Positions 47,701 through 60,350 of a stretch of 64,000 bases of DNA are shown piece by piece. Under the pieces are notes generated by a model that was not told where the DNA came from, did no database searches, and saw only the letters and a program-made list of their open reading frames with translations. How positions within the stretch are numbered: position 1 is the stretch's first letter; each line of letters opens with the position of its first letter. Source of the stretch: Macrostomum lignano. Taxonomy: Eukaryota. The stretch is from NCBI GenBank assembly GCA_002269645.1, contig NIVC01001046.1, positions 248,001-312,000 of the forward strand, given 5' to 3'. A program made the translations under genes and the position numbers.

Positions 47701-48049
47701 CGTCTTTTGGTTTTGTAACAGCTCTTGGTCGAATGTTAAAATGACTATCATAAGCAGGCAGTTGCCAACGATGGAGAAACTACCACTTACGTTACACGCA
47801 TTCTAATTAACGGCGATTGCAGAGCCTTTTAGAGGCAGAGGCGGCGGTGGCGGCTATTTCAGGCCGCCTAGGGGAGATTTTCGTAATCCGCGCAACGGAG
47901 GCGGCGGCTATCGCGGCGGCCGCGATGAGTTTTTCCACCGACCAAGAGGTCGAGGCGGCTTCGGCCGCGGCGGCGGTGGCGGCGGGGAGTTCCGTTCGCG
48001 CCGCCGTAGCGGCAGCGGCGGGCCGCCCAACTCGCCTCCTCGACGATAA
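44729..48049 (+). CDS. Uncharacterised low-complexity RGG/GYR- and (D/E)YSPP-repeat protein (~288 aa), probable RNA-binding disordered protein
   Basis: Exons 44729-45231 (ag|gtaagt), 46544-46680 (g|gtaaga) and 47823-48049. Phases join cleanly (867 nt). GC-rich coding islands in AT-rich DNA; no folded domain is visible. Confidence 0.85.
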
Positions 48050-50140
48050 TAATAGTTCTTCAAGGCCGTTGGCCAAGCTCGTAAAAGTTGATTTATCATG
48101 GCCGGTTTAATCAAGTCGATAAATACTGATGAATCTAAACGCCAACGAGTGAACACGTTTTAAAATATGAGCGAGAATAATTCGCAAACAGTTTGTAAAC
48201 TTTTAAATGTCATTAATCCCTTTATGCAAAACGCCTACGGCGACGTAAAAGCGGGGTGTTTATAAGTGACACATTTAACCTTTGTTAGCATATTTTCTGC
48301 GCACGTATCTTGTTTGACATGTTTTTGACCGCAATTCAACGATCTCTAAGCAACAAGAAGTTTTTACGGTTGATGACACGAGAAAGGTATTGTGCATGGA
48401 GTTTGTCGAATAAAATTGCTTTAAGCATCTGTCAGCCATAAAGGTGCAATGGCTTTAAAAGCTGTTGGTTATTAACGACTAAAATTGCTTGAACGAATGT
48501 TAAAAGGTTGCAATACTAATTAAATATGGCAAGTAAACAATGAACTAATATTTAAACGAATTAAACAGACGTTCGTTCACCCAAGGCAGCGTCAATAGAG
48601 CAAAAAAATCTACAATGATCTTGTCGCGGCTAATTGGTTTTCTTGAAGGAAATTGATTGATTAAACTAATGAAGATATTGATAAGGTCAAATTCTCAACT
48701 GATGGTGCACATAAACACATTTTAAGTCTCAAATTAATTGAAGGCAATCGGTCTGAACCCAATAATTGTCAGCTGGTCATTTATCTTCCCCCCCCCTGTT
48801 TGTCTGTTGTAACTATTCGTAATATTCAAATTGATTTTTCTTGTTCCTTTAGTGCGAGTATTGTTCCACTTCGCATCTATGCAGCGTTTGTTTCGTGTTT
48901 TATGGCTCTTTTTTATTTTTACTTATGCTGCTGTCTCCCCAAGAGTTGCTCACATTGATAGGGGCTGTCTAAATCTGAAACCTGGAAAACAACTGATGCT
49001 ATCAAATTGAAACCATATCTGATTGTGGGGCAAAAAATCATTGTTATTTACAGAATCACAGGTACTAGATTTAATGCTCCTCGAGATGATGTGCTCAGTC
49101 CTCCTAGCTTATTAAGCAAGTTTTGTTGTCTAATTAATTTCCTAAATAATCCCACTAAACTATAGTAGTTTGAAATACGGACGCATCTCATTCATGTTTT
49201 GCACAATTAAGTCGGTTAATGTGAAATCTACTCTCAATATTTAATTGCTTTTTTAATGAAAAAATAATAAACTTGCTTTTTTTAATTCGTACTGTTAGTT
49301 GTGTCCCACCAACGTGACTGTGTTTTGCTTACTTCCATATATCAGTCTGCAGCGGTTATTTTAGTTTGTTAGCCACTATTAGAAACTGAAGGTAAAAGAT
49401 GACAGTAAGCCATCGGCTGTGGCAAGTGTCTGACTCGCTGATACGCAACTCCAGTTTATATAGTCGAGGAGATCACTGTACCCTAATGGAGTCATCGGTA
49501 CGTGAAACAAGAGGACGCCAATTAGACTCTTTATTTCGGATCCGTTAGACCAGATTGCTAATTTTTATTGGATTGAAAGTACCAAATATCCGTCAGGTTG
49601 ATGATCGAAAAGTCCATCGAAGTCAACGCAGACTCGAATGTCGATAATTTCGGTACAAGTGCTTTGAAAAGGCTTAGAAAAGCCCCATGCTTTGGATTGA
49701 AGATCAAAATGTATGAAGTCGATTCATCTTCAAAGAAAATCCGGTCGTTCTAAACTGTTAAATATTTTTGAATTGAAGTTCTTGAAAGACAATGATTAGA
49801 AGCTTTCCGTAAGTATGCGATGTGTTATCCATGCTTGATTCGGATGTGGCAAAAATTCTTCGGTCTGAACAACTGTGGACATGATATAATTGCATACTGT
49901 TAAACCGGGTTATGCTTCGATGCCAGTATTTAGTTTCTTAGTCTATAAGTTAAGACTTTTCATCGGCAAAAGTCAATCAGCAAACCTCTTATTTCAGCCT
50001 GCGACACTCCGATCATCGCCTGGCAACGTAAAATTAAATTGTGACAAATTGTAGTGCGCCGATCGCGTTACACATTGAGCTGAACTTTGGCACTTATATT
50101 ACTGTAAATATTAGTTTATTGGTGTTTTGTAGCTTTCTCC

Positions 50141-50415
50141 CAGACCCGTCAGGCTAAGCCGCTATCCTCCCAGACCCGTCAGGCTAAGCCGCTATCCTGT
50201 CACACCCGTCAGGCTAAGCCGCTATCCTTCCAGACCCGTCAGGCTAAGCCGCTATCCTGTCACACCCGTCAGGCTAAGCCGCTATCCTGTCACACCCGTC
50301 AGGCTAAGCCGCTATCCTGTCACACCCGTCAGGCTAAGCCGCTATCCTCCCAGACCCGTCAGGCTAAGCCGCTATCCTGTAACACCCGTCAGGCTAAGCC
50401 GCTATCCTCCCAGAC
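50141..50415. repeat. 30-bp x9 VNTR immediately upstream of DBR1
   Basis: cagacccgtcaggctaagccgctatcctcc / cacacccgtc...tcctgt variants; ends about 90 bp before the ATG. Confidence 0.95.
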
Positions 50416-50504
50416 TAGGCCGCTACCCTCTTATTGCCTCTCATAAAATTCAAGTTGATATTCTCTTTAATTCCCGCCTCATTCAGACAACATAAATCAG
50501 TACA

Positions 50505-53500
50505 ATGAAAGTGGCAGTTGTTGGCTGTCTGCACGGCGAATTAGACCGCGTCTACGCCACAATTCGCGATCTTGAAGCGGAAGGCGGCTTCACAGTCGAT
50601 CTGCTACTTTGCTGCGGCGACTTTCAAGCCGCTCGGAATGCAGCCGACTTGCGTTGTATGGCCGTGCCACCGAAGCACCGCAGAATGTGCGACTTCTGGC
50701 AGTATTATAATGAGACTAAGAAGGCGCCAATACTTACTATTGTTGTCGGCGGCAATCACGAGGCCTCGAATTATATGCAGGTGTGGCTTCGCTTCTATTT
50801 AGGGGAATTTTGGGCTTCTCTTTAACCGTCGCTTTATCGTGCTGAATATTTGTCTATCGATTGCTGAGAATACTGAAGAGAGCTCAGCGGCTGGTTGAAT
50901 AAACCGAGAGAATCTGGTGGCTAAGGGGGGGGGGCTTCACAAGACCGAAATTTCACATCGTAGAAAACTCAAAATACGAGTATGCAAGGTGTCTGAAATT
51001 TCTTGTGAAAGCGACCCATGGCTAAGTGAAAAATCAGAACAAATATATAGTGACTGATTAAACGACCAGCTCATACTCGTAGAATCTAGCAACTGAGCTG
51101 ATTCTGAATGTATCTGATCAGAATGAATCCGAAACTGGTGTAAAACTTAAAACTTTGCGTCGCCGAAAAGTCTTGGTAGTCACTTCCGGCAGCTCAAAGC
51201 CATACGATGTTATGAAAATATCAAGCTTGTAAAAGCGACCCGAGAATTCCCATTTAAGTTCATTTATCCCATTGAACCCCTAGTAAGAAGGTTGTAGCCT
51301 AGTTATTAGAGCGTCGCACTCGCGACTTGAAGGTCGGGGGTTCGATTCCCCATCTCACTGGAACAATTTGTGTCTTTGAGCAGGACACTTAACTGTGCAT
51401 TGCTTCAGTTCACCCAGCTGTAAAGTGGGTGCCAGCATTAGCTGGGGTAATTGAGGGTGTGTGTGGCGACCCCTCTCCAGTCCTTGGACTGAACAGCCCG
51501 TATAATAGCTGCAGCTGAGCTGTCGGTTGCACACCTGCCCAATAGGCCAGGTGTATCAATTATTATTTGGAATTCTAGTGGAAGCGCCATCTCTACAGTA
51601 TCTCTATTGCTAATCACCATAGGAACTGCCCTACGGCGGCTGGCTGGCTCCCAATATTTGGTATCTGGGCTACGCCGGCGTAGTGAATTTTGGCGGCCTC
51701 CGCATCGGCGGCCTGTCCGGCATATTCAAACAGCACGACTACGTGCTGGGCCATTTCGAGCATCCGCCCTACGACGATAGCAGTTTGCGCAGCGTCTATC
51801 ATTTGCGCAGCATCGACGTGTTTCGCCTGCGCCAACTGCAGGCTCCCATTGATGTCATGCTGAGTCACGACTGGCCAAGGGGAGTCTACCGCTACGGCGA
51901 CACGGATGGCCTGCTTCGCCAGAAGTCGTTCTTCCGAGATGAGGTCGAGAGCAATCAGCTGGGCAGTAGGCCTACGGAAGAGTTGCTAGTCCGGCTGAAG
52001 CCCAAGTATTGGTTCTCGGCGCATTTGCACTGCAAGTTTGCCGCTGTCATTCAGCATAGGGACGACTTTCGATCCGTAACAAAGTGAGTTGTTGACACAC
52101 CTGACCCAATCATCTGAGATTCTTCTGACACACCTGACCCAGCCATCTGAGATCTTTCTGACACACCTGACCCAATCATCTGAGATCTTTCTGACACACC
52201 TGACCCAATCATCTGAGATTCTTTTGACACACCTGACCCAATCATCTGAGATCTTTCTGACACACCTGACCCAATCATCTGAGATTCTTCTGTCACACCT
52301 GACCCAATCATCTGAGATTCTTTTGACACACCTGACCCAATCATCTGAGATCTTTCTGACACACCTGACCCAATCATCTGAGATTCTTCTGTCACACCTG
52401 ACCCAGCCATCTGAGATCTTTCTGACACACCTGACCCAATCATCTGAGATCTTTCTGACACACCTGACCCAATCATCTGAGATCTTTCTGACACACCTGA
52501 CCCAATCATCTGAGATTCTTCTGTCACACCTGACCCAATCACCTGAGATTCTTCTGACACACCTGACCCAATCATCTGAAATTCTTCTGTCACACCTGAC
52601 CCAATCACCTGAGATTCTTCTGACACACCTGACCCAATCGTCTGAGATTCTTCTGACACACTGAGTTCTTTCTGAGTTCTTTCTGACGCATTTAAACCAA
52701 TATCTGATATCTTTGACGCGTGTGACTCATCAGTTGATATCATTCTGTGGTGTACCTGAAATGCATGATGCAAACTATTCTACTCATCCGGTGATTTTTT
52801 CGTCATTCGACCTTGATATAACCTCACCCAACCCCCTCTTTCCCAGGTTCCTAGCCCTGGACAAAGTGCTGCCTGGTCGGGATTTTCTACAAATTCTCGA
52901 CATTGACGCGCCGCCCGGCGACAAGGTGCTTAAACTGGACGCCGAGTGGCTGACGGTGCTGCGCTCGACTAACGAGCTGATGTCACTGACCCGAGCCCCC
53001 GTCATGCTACCCACCAGGGCCACGCACGCCAAGCACGACTACTCGGCTACACCGGAGGCTCTGCGCGCCACTCTTGAGCAGTTCGACGGCGACCTAACTG
53101 TGCCGGAGAATTTCGAACGAACCGCGCCGACGCATCGGGAAGGTCAGGCGGACAATTCGGCTAGCGGGCCATTGATACCGATTAATAATCCCCAGACTGA
53201 GCTGCTGTGCGCCATGTGCGACCTGCTGAATCCCAACGCCGGAGCCGGTGGCGGCGGCGGCGCTGCTGGCGACCTGCTGAATGCGCCTAGCGACGACGAC
53301 GACAGTAATGATGATGATAATGACGTCGATTCTGATGTTGACGAAGCCCAGATGGCGGACGCTGCGACTGCCGCGACAGCTAATCAAGAAGAGATTGCTA
53401 TCGGCGATTTATCGGACGATTCGTGCAGCAGCAGCAGCGACGAGGATGACGGGGTGGGCAACGATATCGAAGAATATTCACCGGTGAAGGTCAGCCAACA

Positions 53501-53747
53501 GCTGGCTGCCGCCGAAGCTGCCGCTGAAACTGCCACCAAAACTGCTGGTGAAACTGCCGCTGAAACTGCCACCAAAACTGCTGGTGAAACTGCCGCTGAA
53601 ACTGCCACCAAAACTGCTGGTGAAACTGCCGCTGAAACTACCAGCGAACCTGCCGCTGAAACTGCCACCAAAACTGTAACTACATCCGTAGAAAATGTTA
53701 GCCAACAAGAAGGCGGAACAACCGTCGAAACTGCGGTAGACAATTAA
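50505..53747 (+). CDS. DBR1: RNA lariat debranching enzyme (~545 aa)
   Basis: Exons 50505-50780, 51623-52083 and 52847-53747. Motifs [53 protein letters not shown]; acidic tail; AATAAA overlaps the stop. Confidence 0.97.
51290..51567 (+). mobile_element. tRNA-derived CORE-type SINE in DBR1 intron 1
   Basis: A box tagcctagttattag, B box ggttcgattcc, and tgtgtctttgagcaggacacttaac...tgcttcagttcacccagctgtaaagtggg, which resembles the MIR/CORE domain. 3' stem-loop and (att)n tail. Confidence 0.8.
52090..52660. repeat. 33-bp minisatellite x~17 starting right after the DBR1 exon-2 donor
   Basis: gacacacctgacccaatcatctgagattcttct units. Confidence 0.95.
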
Positions 53748-53809
53748 TAAAATATTGATTGATTTTGTTCTTTAATTTTGTTTCTTAAATAGTTTCTGCT
53801 GGACTCTCA

Positions 53810-54070
53810 GCTCTGTCTCACTTTACCTGTCCATCTCTGTCTCACCTTACCTGTCCATCTGTCTCACCTTACCTGTCCATCTGTCTCACCTTACCTGTCT
53901 ATCTCTGTCTTACCTTACCTGTCCATCTCTGTCTCACCTTATCTGTCCATCTCTGTCTCACCTTACCTGTCCATCTCTGTCTCACCTTACCTGTCCATCT
54001 GTCTCACCTTACCTGTCCATCTGTCTCACCTTGCATATCCATCTCTTTCTAACCTTACCTGTCCAGCTCT
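53810..54070. repeat. 22-24-bp minisatellite (ctgtctcaccttacctgtccat) just downstream of DBR1
   Basis: About 11 units, 8 with exact CTTACCTG. Confidence 0.92.
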
Positions 54071-56369
54071 ATCTCATCTGTCTATTAGCATTTTATGATA
54101 ATGGCTCTTTGCTAAATGGTTAGCTTTGTGTTAGTGGTTCATTTATTTTGTTAACTACATCTTTTAAAAAACAGCATTTCTTTTGTTTGTCGTGCTTGTC
54201 ATTTGTCAAAAATTCAAATAGGTTAGTTGTTTGTTTATTCTGCTAAGATAGCAGTTCAAGAGTGCATGATTTTACGTTGTGTCTTCGCTGTTGTATTTAC
54301 AATATTTAAGTTTTTTATAAACTACTTGCAGTAGCTTATTTGCTCTGCTTGCTATTCTGTAAAAAAATTGCTAATTCGAATATTTTTAACCTATTCAAAT
54401 AAATTAAATTGACGCCTTTGTGTTCACAAGCTCGCTTTCTACCTATCGATCATACTATTGTGTCGACTCTTAGCCGGCGAATTAGCTTATCATTAGCTTA
54501 ATTCTTTAGATAATGTCACTTTGTGTTTTTTGTTTAGTTGACTGGCCCTACGTACAGCAGTGAGGTTATCTTATCTGCTGCTGATCCCAGACAAGGGTCG
54601 AAAAAGGCTTATTAGAAATGGAACGAAAATTCGCTGAATAAAAATACGTTTGCACTTTTGTAGGTTTCTGGAGATTTGGCAGTTCTTTACTACTAGTTTG
54701 GAATCTGCAATTCCGAGTCTACGAATTTCCTTGACTCTATACTTGACGAACAGAGCCGCCTTAATTCCGCATCTTCACGCGCCTCTCCGCAGACTCTTCT
54801 TCTTCTTCTGTTATCCCTTTCGGCCTCAAGAAGGCAATTAACAGGCCCTTTGACTGGCAGGCTAATTAAAATAGCTTCCCTGGCATCGGCTTTGAATTGA
54901 AAGGTTCTGCAGCCTTCCGTGCGGAGTTGAGAGGCTTTTGGCACTCCTGATTTTGCTGCCCTCTAGGCTGTGATGAGTTACTGCTGTGATAGCTTTGTGA
55001 GGCTTTGAGTCAACAAGAGTGCAAGACAGGCTGACTGAGTGTCCATAGTCACATAGTTTCACCTGCTGAAGGTGTCGACGCCGTCAGGACGATGACTGCT
55101 TGCTCGAGTGACTAGTTGAGGATGTCCAGCAATTGGGGTTTGCCCATTGTCGAGGCTTGATCAGAGCGACAGGGTTTCTATAGCCACCTGTTGAAGGTTC
55201 AGAAGCTTCTCCGTCTAGGTGAGTGCGACCACCACCGAAGTCAGAGGTGATGTTTGAAGCCTTGGCTTGGCCTCACCGAGGCGCACAAGGCAGGAGTGTG
55301 CTGAGTGCACTAATGCTCAAGAAAGCCACTTCGTTCGACCTTCTGGCAGAATCGATGAATACTGGAGTACCTCGATGGTCTGGAAATAAAGTTCTCTCGT
55401 GTTCTTAAATTTCGTGTGCCAATTATTGGCTTGGTATTCCTGGTGTTACTGTCCAATTAACAAGCAATATTGTGTGCCACCATGCACGTATTAAATGGTA
55501 GGTCCGGAATCACGGCTTGGCTATTCGGCTGCTTATCGCGCACTTGCGCCCCGGGATAGGATGGAGACTACCGATATGTAGAGAAAATCAATTTCAATTA
55601 GTTTACATAATCGAGATCTTATCTCTTGCGAATGCATTGTATGGCCTGATCCATGACAACACAGACCATAAGAAATCTCAGATTTGCAATTGTCACTCAA
55701 TTAATTGCATAATTATAACATTTTTTGTTTACTGTGACTGGCCTGGACCAATTTGCCCAAGCCACCATTGCAGGTAGAGGCTTCACAAGTCCAACAATCA
55801 CCTGCATAAGCGCTTGGCACAATCCTTTATAACCAAATTCTGCACCCACAATGTCCACTCGTGTTTACACAGGCTAGAGATTTCTGCCTTATAATGCGCA
55901 GACAGGCCCAGCAGTCACGAACGCTGACTTCTTATCGAGTCTTGTCACTGTCCGCCACTGATCTCTCTGCATCCAGGGTCCGAGCTGCATGCCCACTCTC
56001 TGCCCTGTCCAGGCCGCGCTTTCAATATAATGGACAACTGCCTAGCTAATGGCATTAGCGGACAGAGAGACAGGCCCAGCCCGCTTTTCCCAGGCTGTGT
56101 ACAGTCTAATAAAAGCAAATTCGCAGGGTTGATCAAGTCCAAAGCTATAAAAATTTGCTCGTTTGATTTTTATTACTCTCCAGCTGTATATTGGTTCATT
56201 TGTTAAAAGCACTTGAGTGGATGATAAGATCTTGCTGCTGCAGCTTAAGACATCTCTTTAGCTGTCAGTGAAATTCAGCCGCCTCAGTTAGTTGCTGGTT
56301 AAAAACCCAACAAGAGCGACAGTGAGTGTCCCCTCTGGCTGGGGCAGTCATAGCGATTTCGACCCAGTC

Positions 56370-59300
56370 ATGCCGAAGAAGTATAGCAGCAGTAGCGGCG
56401 GCGGCCTCGGCGGTAGCGCAGCTGGTGGCAGCGCATTTCTGGATTCGTCCGCGACGATGGCCTCCAGCTGCGGCGGCGGCGGCGACTTCGGCGCTCACAA
56501 GGCCGAGCGGCTGCACAACTACAGCCGTGAGTATCAGCTGTTCCACCGGTACAACGGCGCCGTCTTCGGCGGCTCGGAATCCTCCGAGGAGGTCATGGAG
56601 AAGCGCGGCTTTGCCATGTTCTCGCCGAGCGGCGGGGGCGGCGGCAGTCCGCCTTCATCGGCAGCGTCGACGTCCGGGTCAACTGCCACCGCAGTCGGTG
56701 GTACCGTCGGATCAACATCGGCTCTTGAGCGGCACGCCGGGTCGCCCAGGCAGCCAAAAACGGTGAGCTGTCGTTATTGGAATTCGACTGGTTAGCGATG
56801 GCCCATTTTACTGTGTCTAAGCTTTCCGGTGTGGTTTCATTGGATTTCCAGCTTTCCGATATGGTTTCGTTGGATTTCCAGCTTTCCGGTGTGGTTTCGT
56901 TGGATTTCCAGCTTTCCGGTGTGGTTTTGTTGGATTTCCAGCTTTCCGGTGTGGTTTCGTTGGATTTCCAGCTTTCCATTGTGGTTTTGTTGGATTTCCA
57001 GCTTTCCGGTGTGGTTTAGTTGGATTTCCAGCTTTCCGGTGTCGTGTGGTTTAGTTGAATTTCCAGCTTTCCGGTGTGGTTTCGTTGGATTTCCAGCTTT
57101 CCGGTGTGGTTTCGTTGGATTTCCAGCTTTCCGGTGTCGTGTGGTTTCGTTGAATTTCCAGCTTCCCGGTGTGGTTTCGTTGGATTTCCAGCTTTCCGGT
57201 GTGGTTTCGTTGGATTTCCAGCTTTCCGGTGTGGTTTCGTTGGATTTCCAGCTTTCCGGTGTGGTTTCGCTGGATTTCCAGCTTTCCGGTGTCGTGTGGT
57301 TTAGTTGAATTTCCAGCTTCCCGGTGTGGTTTCGTTGGATTTCCAGCTTTCCGTTGTGGTTTCGTTGGATTTCCAGCTTCCCGGTGTGGTTTAGTTGGAT
57401 TTCCAACTTCCACTCATACTGCATTGTTTGCTTTTGTTTGACTTAGTTTTCATTATTCCTAAAAAGGGGGCATCGCAGTGCTTGCGCTTCCGCAGGACAA
57501 AAGTGCGAAATGGTTTCCAGGAAATAAGCTGTTTCGATAACTTGTTTAGCTCTGCTTTTTGCAACATTAGCTTAGGCGCATTGCGTACTTGATCATCATG
57601 CGAAAACCGAGTTTGTACCGAGAAACTTACATCAAGTTTTTCCGTTCGGATTCCATTGCCAAGGACGCGCACTGTCCTGTGCCATGCCAGCTCTCTGTGC
57701 GCGAGGCTTTCCCGTGCTGTTTTCGATACAAAAATAGCAACCGGGGCTTCGCGCGCAGCTGCAGTATAAATTTATGGTACCCTGCTTCATCCATGCTTAA
57801 GCTCTGGACCCGAAACTCGCAATGCAGCTGGACGCGACCCCATCATTCCACCTCGTCTTCCCCATCCATCAGGTGATGGTGCAGCCGCCGCGCCGAGTGA
57901 AGCTGGAGGCCATCAAGAAGGCCGCCTTCAAAGAGAAAAGCCCCGACGTCTCCAAGGATATCGGCCGGTGCAAGACCAACTCGGAGACGCGCCTGGACCT
58001 GTCCGGCCAGCGGCTGCTCGCCCTGCCTTCGACTGTGCGCGACTTGAACTTCGTCACCGAGCTCTATCTCTATGGCAACAAGCTCAGCCAGCTGCCTGAC
58101 GAGATCGGCGCCATGGTGAGCCTGGAGAAGCTGATGCTGCAGCAGAACCACCTGTCCTGCCTGCCAATGTCCATGCAGTACCTCACCAAGCTGCGAGTGC
58201 TGGACCTGCGCCACAACAAGCTGGAAGGCCGCCTGCCGCCAGTGATCTACAAGCTGTACGGCCTCACCCAGCTGCTGCTCACCTACAATAAAATCAGCGA
58301 GATCGACCCGGAGATTGGCAGCCTCATCAGCCTCATGGTGCTGGTTGTCAATAGCAACAACATCAACGGGGCCATACCGTCCAGCATCGGCACCCTGCGC
58401 CAGCTTGTGAAACTCGACCTGTCGCATAACAAAATCAGATCGGTGCCGGAGGAGCTGGGCCGCTGCCTGCTGCTCTCGGACTGCAACCTGCAGCACAACT
58501 GCCTCACCAGCCTGCCGGACCACATGGGCGACTTGCGCAACCTCACCCGCCTGTGCCTGAAGTACAACAGCCTCACCCAGCTGCCTCGCACTCTGGCCAA
58601 CTGTCAGAAACTGCAGGAGCTCAACATCGAGAACAACAGCGTGCAGGCGATGCCAGACGGCCTGCTGGCCTCTATGCGCGGCCTAAGCACCATCGTGCTG
58701 TCGCGCAATCGCTTCCGCCGATTCCCAACCGGAAGCAGCGCGCAGTTCACGCAGACGCAGAGCCTGGCGCTCGATCACAACCAGATTGCGGAGATCCCGC
58801 CCGGGGCCTTCGCTGCTGCCCGCCAGCTGGCCAAACTGAGCCTCAGCTCCAACGAGCTGACCCAGCTGTCGGCCGAGACTGCCGCCAGCCTGCGAAATCT
58901 GGTGGAGCTCGACCTCAGCGGCAACGGGCTCGAATCCCTGCCGGAGGAGCTCGGCCACCTGAGGAAGCTGCGCAGCCTGTTGCTAAGCGATAATCAGCTG
59001 ACTGGCCTGCCGGACAGCATCGGGAACTGCGCCTCGCTGCGCTCTCTGCTGCTGGACTACAACCAGCTCACCGACCTGCCGCTCGACATCAGCCAGCTGG
59101 GCGAGCTGCGGGAGCTCAGCCTCACTGGTAACCGCATGGCAACCGTTCCGCTCGGAGTCACCCTGCTGTCCCAGCTGACCCTGCTCAGGCTAAACGAGAA
59201 CAAGCTCACCGAGGTGCCGCGCGAGATTAGCCGAATGACCTCGCTGCAAGAGCTTTACCTGAACGACAACCACGAGTTGGACAATCTGCCGTCGGCTCTG

Positions 59301-59453
59301 TCGCAGTGCGCCCGGCTGGAAATCCTCAACATCGACCAGTGCCGGATGAGCCACGTGCCAGCTGAGATTGTGAGCTGCGGCTCCAACGTGATCATGCGGT
59401 TCCTCAAGCAGGTGTTTGTCTACGAGAAGAACTGTCTGGTGCATGAGATTTGA
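56370..59453 (+). CDS. SHOC2: Leucine-rich repeat scaffold SHOC2/Sur-8 homolog (~657 aa)
   Basis: Exons 56370-56762 (acg|gtgag) and 57873-59453. RLDLS...TELYLYGNKL, VLDLRHNKL, LQHN, LKYNSL..PRTLANC, LSRNRF..FPTG..AQF, LYLNDN..L..LP..L..C..LEILNI, all collinear with SHOC2. Divergent, so could be a paralog. Confidence 0.9.
56820..57410. repeat. 30-bp minisatellite (ttccagctttccggtgtggtttcgttggat) in SHOC2 intron
   Basis: About 19 units. Confidence 0.95.
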
Positions 59454-59559
59454 GTAGACTGTGTTTTTTGGTTGACTGTGTTTTTGTTTTTGCAACACGT
59501 GATTTTTAAAATCAGTTGACCTTTAAAATTTGAGTGATTTCGACTTATAGCTGCTTTCT

Positions 59560-60350
59560 GTTCAGTGCCAGGCTTCAAGATTCCAAGGTTTCAGAGCACC
59601 TGGGTTCCAGAATTTCATGGCTCCAAGGTTTCAGAGTTCCAAAGTTCAAGGGTTCCGGAGTTCCATGCTTCCAGAGTTCCATGCTTAGGGAGTTCCATGG
59701 TCCCGGAGTTCCATGCTTCCGGAGTTCCATGCTTCCGGAGTTCCATGCTTCCGGAGTTCCATGCTTCCGGAGTTCCATGCTTAGGGAGTTCCATGGTCCC
59801 GGAGTTCCATGCTTCCGGAGTTCCATGCTTCCGGAGTTCCATGCTTAGGGAGTTCCATGCTTCCGGAGTTCCATGCTTAGGGAGTTCCATGGTCCCAGGG
59901 TTCCATGGTTCCAGAGTTCCATGGTTCCGGAGTTCCATGCTTCCGGAGTTCCATGCTTAGGGAGTTCCATGCTTCCGGAGTTCCATGCTTCCGGAGTTCC
60001 ATGCTTCCGGAGTTCCATGCTTCCGGAGTTCCATGCTTCCGGAGTTCCATGCTTCCGGAGTTCCATGCTTAGGGAGTTCCATGCTTAGGGAGTTCCATGG
60101 TCCCGGAGTTGCATGTTTTCGGAGTTCCATGCTTCCGGAGTTCCATGCTTAGGGAGTTCCATGGTCCCGGAGTTCCATGGTCCCGGAGTTCCATGGTTCG
60201 GGAGTTCCATGGTTCCGGAGTTCCATGCTTAGGGAGTTCCATGCTTCCGGAGTTCCATGGTTCCGGAGTTCCATGGTTCCGGAGTTCCATGCTTAGGGAG
60301 TTCCATGCTTCCGGAGTTCCATGGTTCCGGAGTTCCATGGTTCCAGAAAC
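59560..60350. repeat. 16-bp minisatellite (ccggagttccatgctt) downstream of SHOC2 stop
   Basis: About 45-50 units with aggg/ccgg and gctt/ggtt variants. Confidence 0.95.

Noticed and set aside
49380-50050. Coding-looking stretch on the minus strand between the RGG gene and DBR1
   Set aside because: Only short open segments with stops and no recognisable motif.
54700-55390. Possible minus-strand exon (acceptor ctttatttccag near 55380)
   Set aside because: All three frames stop within about 35 codons of the acceptor and no partner exons could be linked; at most non-coding.
57740-57880. TATA-like tataaat and in-frame ATG suggesting an internal SHOC2 promoter
   Set aside because: A single common motif; the upstream exon splices in frame, so no extra promoter is needed to explain the sequence.
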